Origin: a virus
Length of the DNA: 64,000 nt
IMG/VR virus record: IMGVR_UViG_3300027675_000005
Location: 5,236 to 69,235 of that record
Strand: one strand, 5' to 3'
The notes beneath the pieces were generated by a model. It worked only from the letters and a program-made list of their open reading frames with translations, made no database searches and was not told the DNA's origin. Made by a program: the position numbers and the translations under genes. This document shows, one piece after another, positions 28,890 to 37,794 of the stretch (positions are counted from its first letter, which is position 1; each line of letters opens with the position of its first letter).

Positions 28890-29126
28890 ATGAAAACGTA
28901 CACACTCGGTTCCACCTCACTATTCTGCGCCCCCGGCATCGTACGCTGGGCAATCAACGGAGCGCAGTTTCGCAAAGATCGTAAGAAAATGATCTTTGTA
29001 ATCAGCGGCGGTTGGGGCATCCCTATCGAGGCCGCAACGCAGCTGGTTCTCAAAGAAGTCCCGTACATCGTCACTAAGGACGAAGCGGTTCAATTCACCG
29101 TAAACACAGAAAGTCTGCCCACATGA
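28890..29126 (+). CDS. Hypothetical protein
   Basis: Operon packing. Confidence 0.6.
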   Translation: MKTYTLGSTSLFCAPGIVRWAINGAQFRKDRKKMIFVISGGWGIPIEAATQLVLKEVPYIVTKDEAVQFTVNTESLPT

Positions 29127-29395
29127 GCAAGCACAATCCCGACGGCACAACTGAACACTATCTGTCTGCGCCGGAGACAGTTACTCTGGAAGGTTCCCAT
29201 ATCCGGACCATCACAATGAGCCTCACAAAGACTCACAAAACGCTAGCGGAGTACGCCCAGCTCGACGGAGATCTCCAACCCGTCAAAAAGCCTGCGCTTT
29301 CTCCCATATACATCCGCAAGAGCGAGTTCGAAGTTAACGGGGAACTTCCTACGCACTTCGACATCGCAATCAACCCTGTGTACGCGGAGAAATGA
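29123..29395 (+). CDS. Hypothetical protein
   Basis: ATGA overlap. Confidence 0.6.
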   Translation: MSKHNPDGTTEHYLSAPETVTLEGSHIRTITMSLTKTHKTLAEYAQLDGDLQPVKKPALSPIYIRKSEFEVNGELPTHFDIAINPVYAEK

Positions 29396-29634
29396 CAATG
29401 GGATGGTACGTTGGACCGAAAGCAGATCACATCTGCTCACACGCTAAGTTCAACCTGCGCGGATGTACCCGCCGCGCAGGGCATTCTGGCTCGCACACAA
29501 ACATCAATGATCCTTACGGGCGCACCTGGGAGGATGCTGATGGGAAATACTGCGAGACAAAAGAAGATTGGGTCTGGTTAATTGACAACCTAACCGGTTC
29601 CGGCGGAAAGTACAACGACTACCCGAAGGAGTGA
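29392..29634 (+). CDS. Hypothetical protein, possible Cys/His metal site
   Basis: C...CTRRAGHSGSH. Confidence 0.55.
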   Translation: MTMGWYVGPKADHICSHAKFNLRGCTRRAGHSGSHTNINDPYGRTWEDADGKYCETKEDWVWLIDNLTGSGGKYNDYPKE

Positions 29635-29690
29635 TGCAAGCCCTTGCCCTGGGTCACTCCAGGGCAAGAACGTGCATCCCGCACGACAAC
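29632..29690 (+). repeat. Structured intergenic element, copy A
   Basis: Covarying homolog at 30710-30773. Confidence 0.75.
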
Positions 29691-29702
29691 GGAGTAACTA
29701 AA

Positions 29703-29915
29703 ATGAAGAAGCTTCTTATCTCGCTTTCGTTTGCTGCCCTTCTCGGCGTTCCCGAGGCCTACGCTGCGGAAATCAGCGCCGACAAGCTGAAGGCCTGCGA
29801 GTCCGCTTATCGCGAGAAGAACAAGGCCGACAAGGACGCAGCACCGGAGGGATACAAGGTTTCCCGCCCGCGTGGCTTCCGGCAGGCATTCATCGTTGAG
29901 TGCCTGAGCAAGTAG
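29703..29915 (+). CDS. Putative small secreted protein
   Basis: MKKLLISLSFAALLGVPEAYA signal; two Cys; AACGGAG RBS. Confidence 0.65.
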   Translation: MKKLLISLSFAALLGVPEAYAAEISADKLKACESAYREKNKADKDAAPEGYKVSRPRGFRQAFIVECLSK

Positions 29916-29961
29916 TCCACAAGAGGTCCACCATCTATGACCCAGATGCCACGCAAGCCGC

Positions 29962-30006
29962 TTGTGCTCAGCGTGGCATCTGTGTTATACTTATCTGTAA
30001 GATAAG
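29962..30006 (+). promoter_or_regulatory. Early promoter with downstream palindrome
   Basis: TTGTGC ... TGTTATACT; CTTATCT/AGATAAG palindrome. Confidence 0.6.
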
Positions 30007-30030
30007 GCAAACAGAGAGAAAGGTACGCAA

Positions 30031-30324
30031 ATGATAGTTCTAAACAACCTGCGTCGCGATAACCCCTATCGTGAAGGACAAACGCAGAACATGCACTGGC
30101 AAGACCTCTACACGGCGCTCGGTCTGAGCACCACACGGCATCTCCCCGCTGAAGGGCTGCCGCCGCGCATGATTGGGAACGTTGAAGTCTGGGTCGATGC
30201 TAAGATCCCAGGCGTCAATCAGGACGCCAAGCGCGTGTGGTGCAAATGTCCAGTCTGCGATAAGCCGTTCACCGCCGGAAAGCTGTTCCAGCATCTCCCG
30301 GTTCACAAGAAGGACACCAAGTAA
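30031..30324 (+). CDS. Hypothetical protein with C2H2-like zinc finger
   Basis: CPVCDKPFTAGKLFQHLPVH. Confidence 0.65.
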   Translation: MIVLNNLRRDNPYREGQTQNMHWQDLYTALGLSTTRHLPAEGLPPRMIGNVEVWVDAKIPGVNQDAKRVWCKCPVCDKPFTAGKLFQHLPVHKKDTK

Positions 30325-30325
30325 G

Positions 30326-30712
30326 ATGAAAAAAGATCTATACGATCCAAATCACCAAGCCCTCAAACAGGGCTGGAAGGTGATTAAATCTGTAGCGGTT
30401 CCCGGCGACGGAGTGCAAGCTCCGGGCGCCGTGGTGATGTGTGAAGTCAACAGCGAACATCACCCGCTCGCAGTTCACTTCTTCAATGCACAGGACGGGG
30501 GTTTCCACAGCGGAAACTACTGCAAGACCCGCGCTGAGGCGGAGGAAGCCTTTGGAAAGCGGGCGCTGCGGTTCAACGTCGAGGATGAGCCTTGGGACAC
30601 TGACGGGGACACCAGCAAGTGGAACGAGAACGGCGAGAGCAGCGAGCGTGAAAACGATCGCATGTCCCGCGACGAGCAATACAACGACTACGAAAGCTCG
30701 TTCGGAGGCTGA
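30326..30712 (+). CDS. Hypothetical protein
   Basis: ORF with SD; acidic tail. Confidence 0.6.
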   Translation: MKKDLYDPNHQALKQGWKVIKSVAVPGDGVQAPGAVVMCEVNSEHHPLAVHFFNAQDGGFHSGNYCKTRAEAEEAFGKRALRFNVEDEPWDTDGDTSKWNENGESSERENDRMSRDEQYNDYESSFGG

Positions 30713-30773
30713 TTGCAAGCCCATGTCCCCGGGTCAGAGGCGGGGACATGAACGTGCAATCCCGCACGACAAC
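30710..30773 (+). repeat. Structured intergenic element, copy B
   Basis: Homolog of 29632-29690. Confidence 0.75.
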
Positions 30774-30786
30774 GAAAGCACATCCT

Positions 30787-31062
30787 ATGACTAAACCTGT
30801 GATGCGCTACCCGGGCAACGATCCTGAGAATGGTCCTGCCTATCCGCAAGTGTTCGACGGTGTCGATTGGCACTGTGCCGAACACAAGTTCGTTACCGGA
30901 ATCGATCACGATCACGAGACCGGTGAGGAATACGAAGTCACCCATTGCGTCCACTGCGGTGATTGGCCCTCGGACCACAGCGCCCACGTTCTGGCCTGGT
31001 ACGAGTTCACCTCCGCCATGTCCGACAGCGAATGGGGAGCATATAATGCATCACGTAGATGA
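30787..31062 (+). CDS. Hypothetical zinc-ribbon-like protein
   Basis: C..H and CVHC motifs. Confidence 0.55.
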   Translation: MTKPVMRYPGNDPENGPAYPQVFDGVDWHCAEHKFVTGIDHDHETGEEYEVTHCVHCGDWPSDHSAHVLAWYEFTSAMSDSEWGAYNASRR

Positions 31063-31279
31063 TCTTGGGATTAGATGCCCCAAGGGCCACACGGAACTCA
31101 CGGCGAGTTCCATGGGGAAGCCGATTACTGAAGCTCGTTGGATGATCCGACCCTTTAAAGTCGGGGATGAACACGGGCGTTGGTGGTCTGAGTGCATGGT
31201 CTGCGCCGGGGTTATCGACGCAGACGGTAATTCAACCGGTAAATCGAACAATAAGAAAGGATGGTACTGCAATGGCTAG
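31046..31279 (+). CDS. Hypothetical zinc-ribbon-like protein
   Basis: CPKGH...ECMVC. Confidence 0.5.
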   Translation: MHHVDDLGIRCPKGHTELTASSMGKPITEARWMIRPFKVGDEHGRWWSECMVCAGVIDADGNSTGKSNNKKGWYCNG

Positions 31280-31580
31280 ATCAATCTTTGGATGGGACTT
31301 GCCCCCGGGCGTGTCCACTTCTGATCTTCCTGGCAACAGCCGGGAAGAGCAGGAGGTAGAAGCCTTTGTTGAAGGTGTGTACGAGATGCTTGGCGAGGCT
31401 GCCAAGGACGAGAAGTTAGCTGAGATGGTTGCCACCTGGGCTCTCGCTCTTCGAGGCAACGCTTACTCCGAAGGATACCAGCAGGGAATGGCTGATGCTG
31501 AAGAAGCCAAGCGTCACACGGAGCAGCAGCTCCACCGAATCGTTTGTTCCAACACGCTAACTTCAGGAGAGGACAAGTGA
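31272..31580 (+). CDS. Hypothetical protein
   Basis: FGWDLPPGVSTSDLPGN motif common in phage hypotheticals. Confidence 0.6.
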   Translation: MARSIFGWDLPPGVSTSDLPGNSREEQEVEAFVEGVYEMLGEAAKDEKLAEMVATWALALRGNAYSEGYQQGMADAEEAKRHTEQQLHRIVCSNTLTSGEDK

Positions 31581-31849
31581 GAACCTTCCAAACCACCCGC
31601 GATCAGCGGTACACATCATTACTCGCTCGATATGAGGGCAACGGAGACGAACTCGACAATGACGAACTGGTTGAGTTCCGTGCCCTGCACCGACGCGCAA
31701 TCGAACGCGATCTGCCCCTCTGTCGTTCAGTAATGGTTGAGGCGCTTCTCGACCGGGGCATGGATATCCACGAGATTGCGGAACTTACTGATCCCAATCT
31801 ACTGGCAATGATCAAGACAATGATGGAACTGGATAAGACAAATGGGTAA
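31577..31849 (+). CDS. Hypothetical protein, possible HTH
   Basis: LLDRGMDIHEIAELT. Confidence 0.5.
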   Translation: MRTFQTTRDQRYTSLLARYEGNGDELDNDELVEFRALHRRAIERDLPLCRSVMVEALLDRGMDIHEIAELTDPNLLAMIKTMMELDKTNG

Positions 31850-32027
31850 CTATCTTGTCGAAGTCTACGATTCCTCCGGGGACTGTTTCCATCGTTGGAA
31901 AAGTACCGATCCAATGACTGCGATAGCTGAACTTGGATTGAAGTGCATGGATTGGCGGGGGTTGGGATTCAGGAATGCATCCTGCTATCTCAACTCCGTG
32001 GAGCAATGGAATCTGGAAGTGAAATGA
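31842..32027 (+). CDS. Hypothetical protein
   Basis: Overlapping ORF. Confidence 0.5.
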   Translation: MGNYLVEVYDSSGDCFHRWKSTDPMTAIAELGLKCMDWRGLGFRNASCYLNSVEQWNLEVK

Positions 32028-32250
32028 AACCTTCCAACGGAGATCGAAAGTGACGCGGCTGGAGAGAGCCCACCTCCGGTCGCGAAACCGTGATCGACAC
32101 GAGCCAGAGACCGAGACCGGCGGGGTCGGTACGGGACCTTCGAAATCATCTGCGAGTTCCTATGGGGAGCGCGGGCGAGGCAGCCCTGACGTGCAAACTT
32201 TTTAGCGCGGAGCTGGCGGTTGACGCAACGTCTCTGAAAACAATTGATGG

Positions 32251-32279
32251 TTGCATCGAACCAAAATCTGTGCTACTAT
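32251..32279 (+). promoter_or_regulatory. sigma70-type promoter
   Basis: TTGCAT-N17-TACTAT with extended TG. Confidence 0.65.
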
Positions 32280-32310
32280 AATGCCACTGGAATCACAACG
32301 GAGATCCTAA

Positions 32311-32496
32311 ATGGCTAGAAGGAAAGAAAGACCAATTGAACCACAGAAATGGCTGGTTCGTATAATTCGCGACTCACGAGACGCAACGCGCGATTATTGG
32401 CTTCCGGCGCGCGAAGCTAGCGAATTGGAAAAGCAGGGGAAGCTGGCGTTTGATCTAACGAATAGCTGCTATAGCACGGCTAGGGTTATCGATTAA
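32311..32496 (+). CDS. Hypothetical protein
   Basis: AACGGAG RBS. Confidence 0.6.
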   Translation: MARRKERPIEPQKWLVRIIRDSRDATRDYWLPAREASELEKQGKLAFDLTNSCYSTARVID

Positions 32497-32497
32497 A

Positions 32498-32588
32498 GAC
32501 TCGACGACCGGCTGGAGACTCGACCGCTGAGAAATGACTCGGCCAAGGACTCGGCCAGAAACTCGACCACCGAAAAACAACTCGACCT
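32498..32588 (+). repeat. Array 2 of six RACTCG(A/G)C repeats
   Basis: ACTCG at 32499, 32518, 32537, 32549, 32561, 32580. Confidence 0.85.
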
Positions 32589-32605
32589 CTAGAAAGGAAT
32601 ATGCT

Positions 32606-32896
32606 ATGGAACGCTTCAATGAAGAGAAACTGCACACTGACATGCGACCCAAGAAACGATACACTTATTGGGTCACAGGCACTAGAGAATTTCCATTCGA
32701 CATGCTGCGTTATGATTCTGCATGGCCCGCAGATTCACAGAGCGCATCCAATCTTGCGTGGAGTTACGCAGATCTGAATGTTTCTAGGGACCGTCGCTCG
32801 GTGAGATTGCACTCGTACAGGGAGCCTACAGTGGATAGGTGGGCATCCTTCAGTTGGTCCGTTGGTGAACAAGCCGTTCAAAAGGAAACGCTATGA
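32606..32896 (+). CDS. Conserved phage hypothetical protein
   Basis: VTG..EFPFDMLRYD..WP and PTVDRWASF motifs. Confidence 0.65.
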   Translation: MERFNEEKLHTDMRPKKRYTYWVTGTREFPFDMLRYDSAWPADSQSASNLAWSYADLNVSRDRRSVRLHSYREPTVDRWASFSWSVGEQAVQKETL

Positions 32897-33096
32897 TCAG
32901 CAAAGAAGACTGGACCACCTACTTCAAATTCCTGGACGCTCTACGGGAATCAGGCGCCACAAACATGCTCGGCGCTGGTCCTTATCTTACAGAGGCGTTC
33001 GATATTCCAAGGGGCGATGCAAATAAGATCTTGCAAGCCTGGTGGAAAAACTTCAGCGACGAGCCTGCTGAGGTCAGAGCAGAGAAAGTTATCTGA
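32893..33096 (+). CDS. Conserved phage hypothetical protein
   Basis: FLDALRESGATNMLGAGPYL motif. Confidence 0.65.
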   Translation: MISKEDWTTYFKFLDALRESGATNMLGAGPYLTEAFDIPRGDANKILQAWWKNFSDEPAEVRAEKVI

Positions 33097-33211
33097 GCTA
33101 CCCACGAAGATGTACTTTCGGTCGGGTAGCGGGAGACTCGGTCTTCAGAAAGGTGACCTGCGGTTCTTCGTGGGTTATGTCATAGCGCCGTTCAAGGTCA
33201 CCAACTCCCGC
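33097..33211 (+). ncRNA. Putative structured cis-regulatory RNA with alternative pairings
   Basis: Four perfect 7-11 bp stems within 115 nt. Confidence 0.5.
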
Positions 33212-33234
33212 ATTTAATTCAACGGAGGACTACC

Positions 33235-33441
33235 ATGCGTGTCCAGATCCCCGCCTACACTGATCGCTGGATGATGGGCGATCGATACGGTTATGTAATC
33301 AAAACCACTAGACATAAGGAGCGTTACATTGGCGTACCGTCGTCCCGTTCACGTTCAGACGAATATGAAGTTGCTCATGTTAAACTGGACAAGTCAGGCA
33401 AGACAGTGAAAGTTATTCTTGCTGATTGCACGAATGTCTAA
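33235..33441 (+). CDS. Hypothetical protein
   Basis: AACGGAGG RBS; W(M)MGDRYG motif. Confidence 0.65.
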   Translation: MRVQIPAYTDRWMMGDRYGYVIKTTRHKERYIGVPSSRSRSDEYEVAHVKLDKSGKTVKVILADCTNV

Positions 33442-34498
33442 GCAACCACCCACGCTAGCCGACGCTCTCATTCGCGAATGGTCTCGGCCATTCTATCGGC
33501 GAGTCGACCCTAACAATTGGTTGGCAACTCACATCGCACAAGCTCGCAAATTCGTAATGGATGAGAGCATGTCTGCCTTCATGGCGGACCTGGGCTACAC
33601 TAGCCTGAATGCCTGCACCACAATCCCGAGGCGGATTCAGCTGTGCGAAAGCATGAGAAGACTAGCGCGGCTGCCCCATGCTCTGACGTGGATGGAATAC
33701 GATAAGCAAGCGCACCGTAAGCGAGTTAAGGAAGCCTACCATCCCGAGGTTGATGCAAACCCGGAATCGGTTCCCGACCGCAGTGGTTGGCTTCTAATGC
33801 AGCATCCAAAGATCGAAACTGCATTCATGGCACTCCACTGCACTAGTCACTCCTGGAAGGACGACCAACGAGTAACGAGTGCAAACTCGGGTGCATTTGC
33901 TTACTCCTGGACTTGTGATGATGGCGTTTCGCCTTGGCCCAGGGATCCGTTCTATCATCAGGATCATGCAGCTCACATTAATCACACGGATAAGATCCGT
34001 ATATGCTCTCCGGAAGGTATCCTAACAGGTGTGCTCGAGTACCGAACCCCATGTGTATCCGTTAACGCAGCTCCTCATTTTAATCGCGTAGCAAATGAGC
34101 AGCTTCAACTCCTTGCTATCAAAAGATTCCATCCGTTAGGGGAACTGGCACACGACGCTCGTTATCTTTGGAGCCTGCTTGCAACGATTAACGATTTGCC
34201 CACTTCGTTGGTTAGCGTGAGACCTGATCATGGATACTTCTCTCGAGGCAAGTATAGAAAGTTTTCCGAACACACTGTAATCAGCCTCACAGTTCCTGCG
34301 AAACGATACATCATTACAGCCAAGCGAGCGATCGCAGTTGCTCGGCGCCGCGGACATCAAGTCCGTGGGCACTGGCGTAAGAATCGTTTTCATCCAGGCG
34401 AGCGTGTTTGGATCCGTGAGCATGTACGGGGTGACACATCACTCGGCTTCGTCCTACACGACTACACTGTCGAACACCCAACGGAGGATCAACAATGA
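33434..34498 (+). CDS. Conserved phage protein with C-terminal HxVRGHWR motif
   Basis: RRGHQVRGHWR...WIREHVRGD. Confidence 0.7.
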   Translation: MSKQPPTLADALIREWSRPFYRRVDPNNWLATHIAQARKFVMDESMSAFMADLGYTSLNACTTIPRRIQLCESMRRLARLPHALTWMEYDKQAHRKRVKEAYHPEVDANPESVPDRSGWLLMQHPKIETAFMALHCTSHSWKDDQRVTSANSGAFAYSWTCDDGVSPWPRDPFYHQDHAAHINHTDKIRICSPEGILTGVLEYRTPCVSVNAAPHFNRVANEQLQLLAIKRFHPLGELAHDARYLWSLLATINDLPTSLVSVRPDHGYFSRGKYRKFSEHTVISLTVPAKRYIITAKRAIAVARRRGHQVRGHWRKNRFHPGERVWIREHVRGDTSLGFVLHDYTVEHPTEDQQ

Positions 34499-34719
34499 AA
34501 AAGTTATACCTAATAAAAATGCAGTCAGATGAAAATCCGCGCATGTTTTATAAGGAATATGTGATAGCTGAAAGTCTTGTTGTTGCTCGACAAGTTGTTC
34601 AAGAAAAATGTCCAAACTACAGTTTTTGTTGGTTTGCAGATTTTCATCTTCCTGAAGACCTTCAGAAGGATGTTGTAGATTTCTTTTATCCGGATGGTTT
34701 CCCGGAGCATCTTCGATGA
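34495..34719 (+). CDS. Hypothetical protein
   Basis: AACGGAGG RBS. Confidence 0.55.
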   Translation: MKKLYLIKMQSDENPRMFYKEYVIAESLVVARQVVQEKCPNYSFCWFADFHLPEDLQKDVVDFFYPDGFPEHLR

Positions 34720-35303
34720 AATTCTTATTCGACATGACCCATATTACAATCCTGCACACAGCAGAGACAGCTCAAGAACTTTTGTTCGATGACGATAGCT
34801 GGCCTGCCCATATGGCTCATGTTCGAAGTGTGCGAATCGAAGGAATAGATGATTCTTTGTTTCTTGGCAGCCGTAAAGATTGGCATGAGATGAATTTACG
34901 GCGTCTTTACCATTGGTTAAAGATGGATCCTCCGCTTTCCCCTACTAAAATGGACGATAATGCAATTCTATCTCTACGAATACGCATTCGAAACTTTATT
35001 GCTGCGAGTTTGCACCTTGAACCCAATACACTACCGCCACTAGAGCCCGTGCTCGCTACAGTCAGCGCCCCACCTGCACCGAAACCCATCCGCCTCCCAA
35101 ATGCTAGTCGAGGTTCCGTGGGGCCTCTCATTCATCGTGTGGCAACTGAGATGTGGGAAGCGGCAGGCAGTCCTAAAGATATCCCCGCCATCTTAACGCT
35201 GCGACAAACAATTATGAAGACACTTAACGACGAACATAAGATCAAAACTTCTACAAGTAGCAATGAACTTGGCCGTTGGCAGAAACAGATTTTGAGCTTG
35301 TGA
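34716..35303 (+). CDS. Hypothetical protein, C-terminal domain related to 26021/46353
   Basis: TSSNELGRWQK resembles NASQEFYAWRK. Confidence 0.6.
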   Translation: MKFLFDMTHITILHTAETAQELLFDDDSWPAHMAHVRSVRIEGIDDSLFLGSRKDWHEMNLRRLYHWLKMDPPLSPTKMDDNAILSLRIRIRNFIAASLHLEPNTLPPLEPVLATVSAPPAPKPIRLPNASRGSVGPLIHRVATEMWEAAGSPKDIPAILTLRQTIMKTLNDEHKIKTSTSSNELGRWQKQILSL

Positions 35304-35419
35304 CTATTCAAACGGTGGACCGCTACATTTAGTAGCTTGACCTTCCCGACTATCCATGCTACAGTAGCATCTTCCCTGCCTTCTCTGCTTTTTACTATTC
35401 TGCCCAACGGAGCCCTTCA

Positions 35420-37789
35420 ATGACCGACGACCCACGCCTGCTCCAATGGCGAAATCTTCCCATGGAGCTGCGTTTAAAGAGGCAGTGGCTCGTTGCAAAT
35501 CCAGGAAATAAGAATCCACTTTTCCATAAGAACAATCAGTTCTATAACGCTTCCGTATCCATACATGCTAGCTCGCAATGGATGACGTTTGAGGAAGCGA
35601 CAACTATAGCTCTCACATACAGTCTCGCAATTGGCTTCGTCATTATGGAAGGCGAAGACATTACTTGTATTGATCTTGACGTAAAGCCCAACACCTTAAA
35701 AGAGCGTCTGGACCTATACGATAGTATTGTTCATTCGTTTGATAGTTACAGTGAGCGTTCTATTGGTGGACAAGGTATCCATATATGGTGTAAGGGGAGC
35801 ATCGGACTCGGCCGCAAGCGTGACGGTGTAGAAATCTACAGCCAGAACAGATTTATGATATGCACTGGCAATGTATTGCATCAGAAGGAGCAATTGGAAT
35901 CTAGGCAAGAGAAGCTGACTAAGATGGTTAGTCAGATGCCTCTGTCTGCAGACTATAGCGAGATCGTTCTTGAAGAGCTTCCACAGATTGAAACAGACGA
36001 AGACGTTGGGCGCAAGCTGTTCGAAGTGGAAGACGCAAAGATGCTCTGGCAGGGCATGTGGCGCGAACTTGATCATCCGTCGCAGTCTGAAGGCGATCTG
36101 GATTTGATGGTTTACCTTGTACGCTTTAGTCCTTCGAATGAACAGTGTAGGCGTCTGTTTCGACAGTCCGGGCTCGGAAAGCGAACCAAAGCAAACCGAG
36201 TAGATTACATCTCGCGTACTTTGCGCCATGCTCGGTTTATCCGTCAAAGCGAACTGGTAGATATCGAAGCAGGTAAACGTAGCTCCGAAGCTATTGCTGC
36301 TAAATATGATGCTATGCAGGCTGAATTGAAACAAGCCGCTAACGGATCTTATCCTGTTGAATTCTACTCTGCTCAATCATTTATACAGACCTTTGAACCT
36401 CAACCTCAACTTAAAGAAGAAGAGGAAGAAAGCAATGCAACTCCTATTGAATTTCCTCCCGGGGGACTTGGATATCTAGCGCATTATTTCTATCGTGGAT
36501 CAGTCTATCCTAATGCTGAATTCTCAGTAGCAGCAGCGATTACAGTAATGTCTGCTCTCTGTGGGAGAGCTTGGAATACCCATACATCTGCAGGATTGAA
36601 TACTTATAATCTTGTTGTTGCTCCTTCTGGTATGGGTAAAGAACAAATGGCAACAGGAATCAGTAGATTAATAGATGTCTGTGCTGAAAAATTTCCTATG
36701 TTCAAAGACTTCTTTTATTTTGGAACTTTTGCAAGTGGACAGGGCCTAACGAAACATTTCAATCCAGCACGAACCTGTTTCGCTCAAATTTTACCAGAAT
36801 TTGGAACAGTAATAAAGCGATTCTCAAATGGCCGTGATGAAAATATGCAAGGTCTGATGTCTCAGATGCTCGATTTCCATTCGAAAGCAGGACCAAAATC
36901 AGTATCGAATGCAATCAATTATAGTGATGCAACTAAAAATATAGCTTCAGTTAGATCACCAGCATATAGTTTCCTTGGAGATACTACACCTGAAGTTTTT
37001 GAGAGCGTCAACGCATTTCTTCTTAACAACGGATTCATTTCGCGATTCAATATTTTTGAATATAAGGGGCTTCGACCCCCATTAAACGAACATATAGATT
37101 ATTCAATTGATCCTGGGTTTATAGAATATCTAATTATGCTTGCTCGAATTTCTGATCTTATCTCCACTCAGAAAAAGGACCCCATTACTGCTAGAATGGA
37201 TACGGAAGCTAAAATTCAATTTAATAATTTTGAAAGATATTGTGACGGTAATTATAACAAGGCAGTTAGAACTAGAAGTGGAGATATTGAACATCATATG
37301 TGGTCCCGTTCTCTTACTCGAATTAATGTTCTAGCAACTCTTGCTGCAATTCTTGATGCACCTCCGCCTACGGCACAAGGGATTGTTACTCAACCGGTCG
37401 TTACAAAGGCTCACTGGAACTATTTCGAACAAATGGTAGTGAATGATATAAACAACTTTAAAACTAAACAAGAGTCCGGTGACATAGGAACTGGTGATAC
37501 TGTACAGATTAAAAAACTTGAGAAACTTATTGATGACTATCTATGTAGAACTGTTCCAGAGAGCTATAAAATCAAATCAGAATTACAAGCATCCGGAAAA
37601 ATTCAATACAGTTATATCCGGCAACGAATGCAACACATACCTTCTTTTAAAACTGACGGTAACTTCGATGATAGGAAATTGAAAAATTCAATTCATACTC
37701 TTATCCAGATGGGGAGACTTAAAGAAATTAAAGATCCATTTGAAAAGGGAATGATAGGGGGCGATCTATATTGGGTCAGAGGCACATAA
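35420..37789 (+). CDS. Primase-polymerase fused to a DUF3987-like helicase domain
   Basis: IDLD, SERSIGGQGIHIW and EIYSQNRF prim-pol motifs; APSGMGKE P-loop. Confidence 0.85.
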   Translation: MTDDPRLLQWRNLPMELRLKRQWLVANPGNKNPLFHKNNQFYNASVSIHASSQWMTFEEATTIALTYSLAIGFVIMEGEDITCIDLDVKPNTLKERLDLYDSIVHSFDSYSERSIGGQGIHIWCKGSIGLGRKRDGVEIYSQNRFMICTGNVLHQKEQLESRQEKLTKMVSQMPLSADYSEIVLEELPQIETDEDVGRKLFEVEDAKMLWQGMWRELDHPSQSEGDLDLMVYLVRFSPSNEQCRRLFRQSGLGKRTKANRVDYISRTLRHARFIRQSELVDIEAGKRSSEAIAAKYDAMQAELKQAANGSYPVEFYSAQSFIQTFEPQPQLKEEEEESNATPIEFPPGGLGYLAHYFYRGSVYPNAEFSVAAAITVMSALCGRAWNTHTSAGLNTYNLVVAPSGMGKEQMATGISRLIDVCAEKFPMFKDFFYFGTFASGQGLTKHFNPARTCFAQILPEFGTVIKRFSNGRDENMQGLMSQMLDFHSKAGPKSVSNAINYSDATKNIASVRSPAYSFLGDTTPEVFESVNAFLLNNGFISRFNIFEYKGLRPPLNEHIDYSIDPGFIEYLIMLARISDLISTQKKDPITARMDTEAKIQFNNFERYCDGNYNKAVRTRSGDIEHHMWSRSLTRINVLATLAAILDAPPPTAQGIVTQPVVTKAHWNYFEQMVVNDINNFKTKQESGDIGTGDTVQIKKLEKLIDDYLCRTVPESYKIKSELQASGKIQYSYIRQRMQHIPSFKTDGNFDDRKLKNSIHTLIQMGRLKEIKDPFEKGMIGGDLYWVRGT

Positions 37790-37794
37790 GATGC

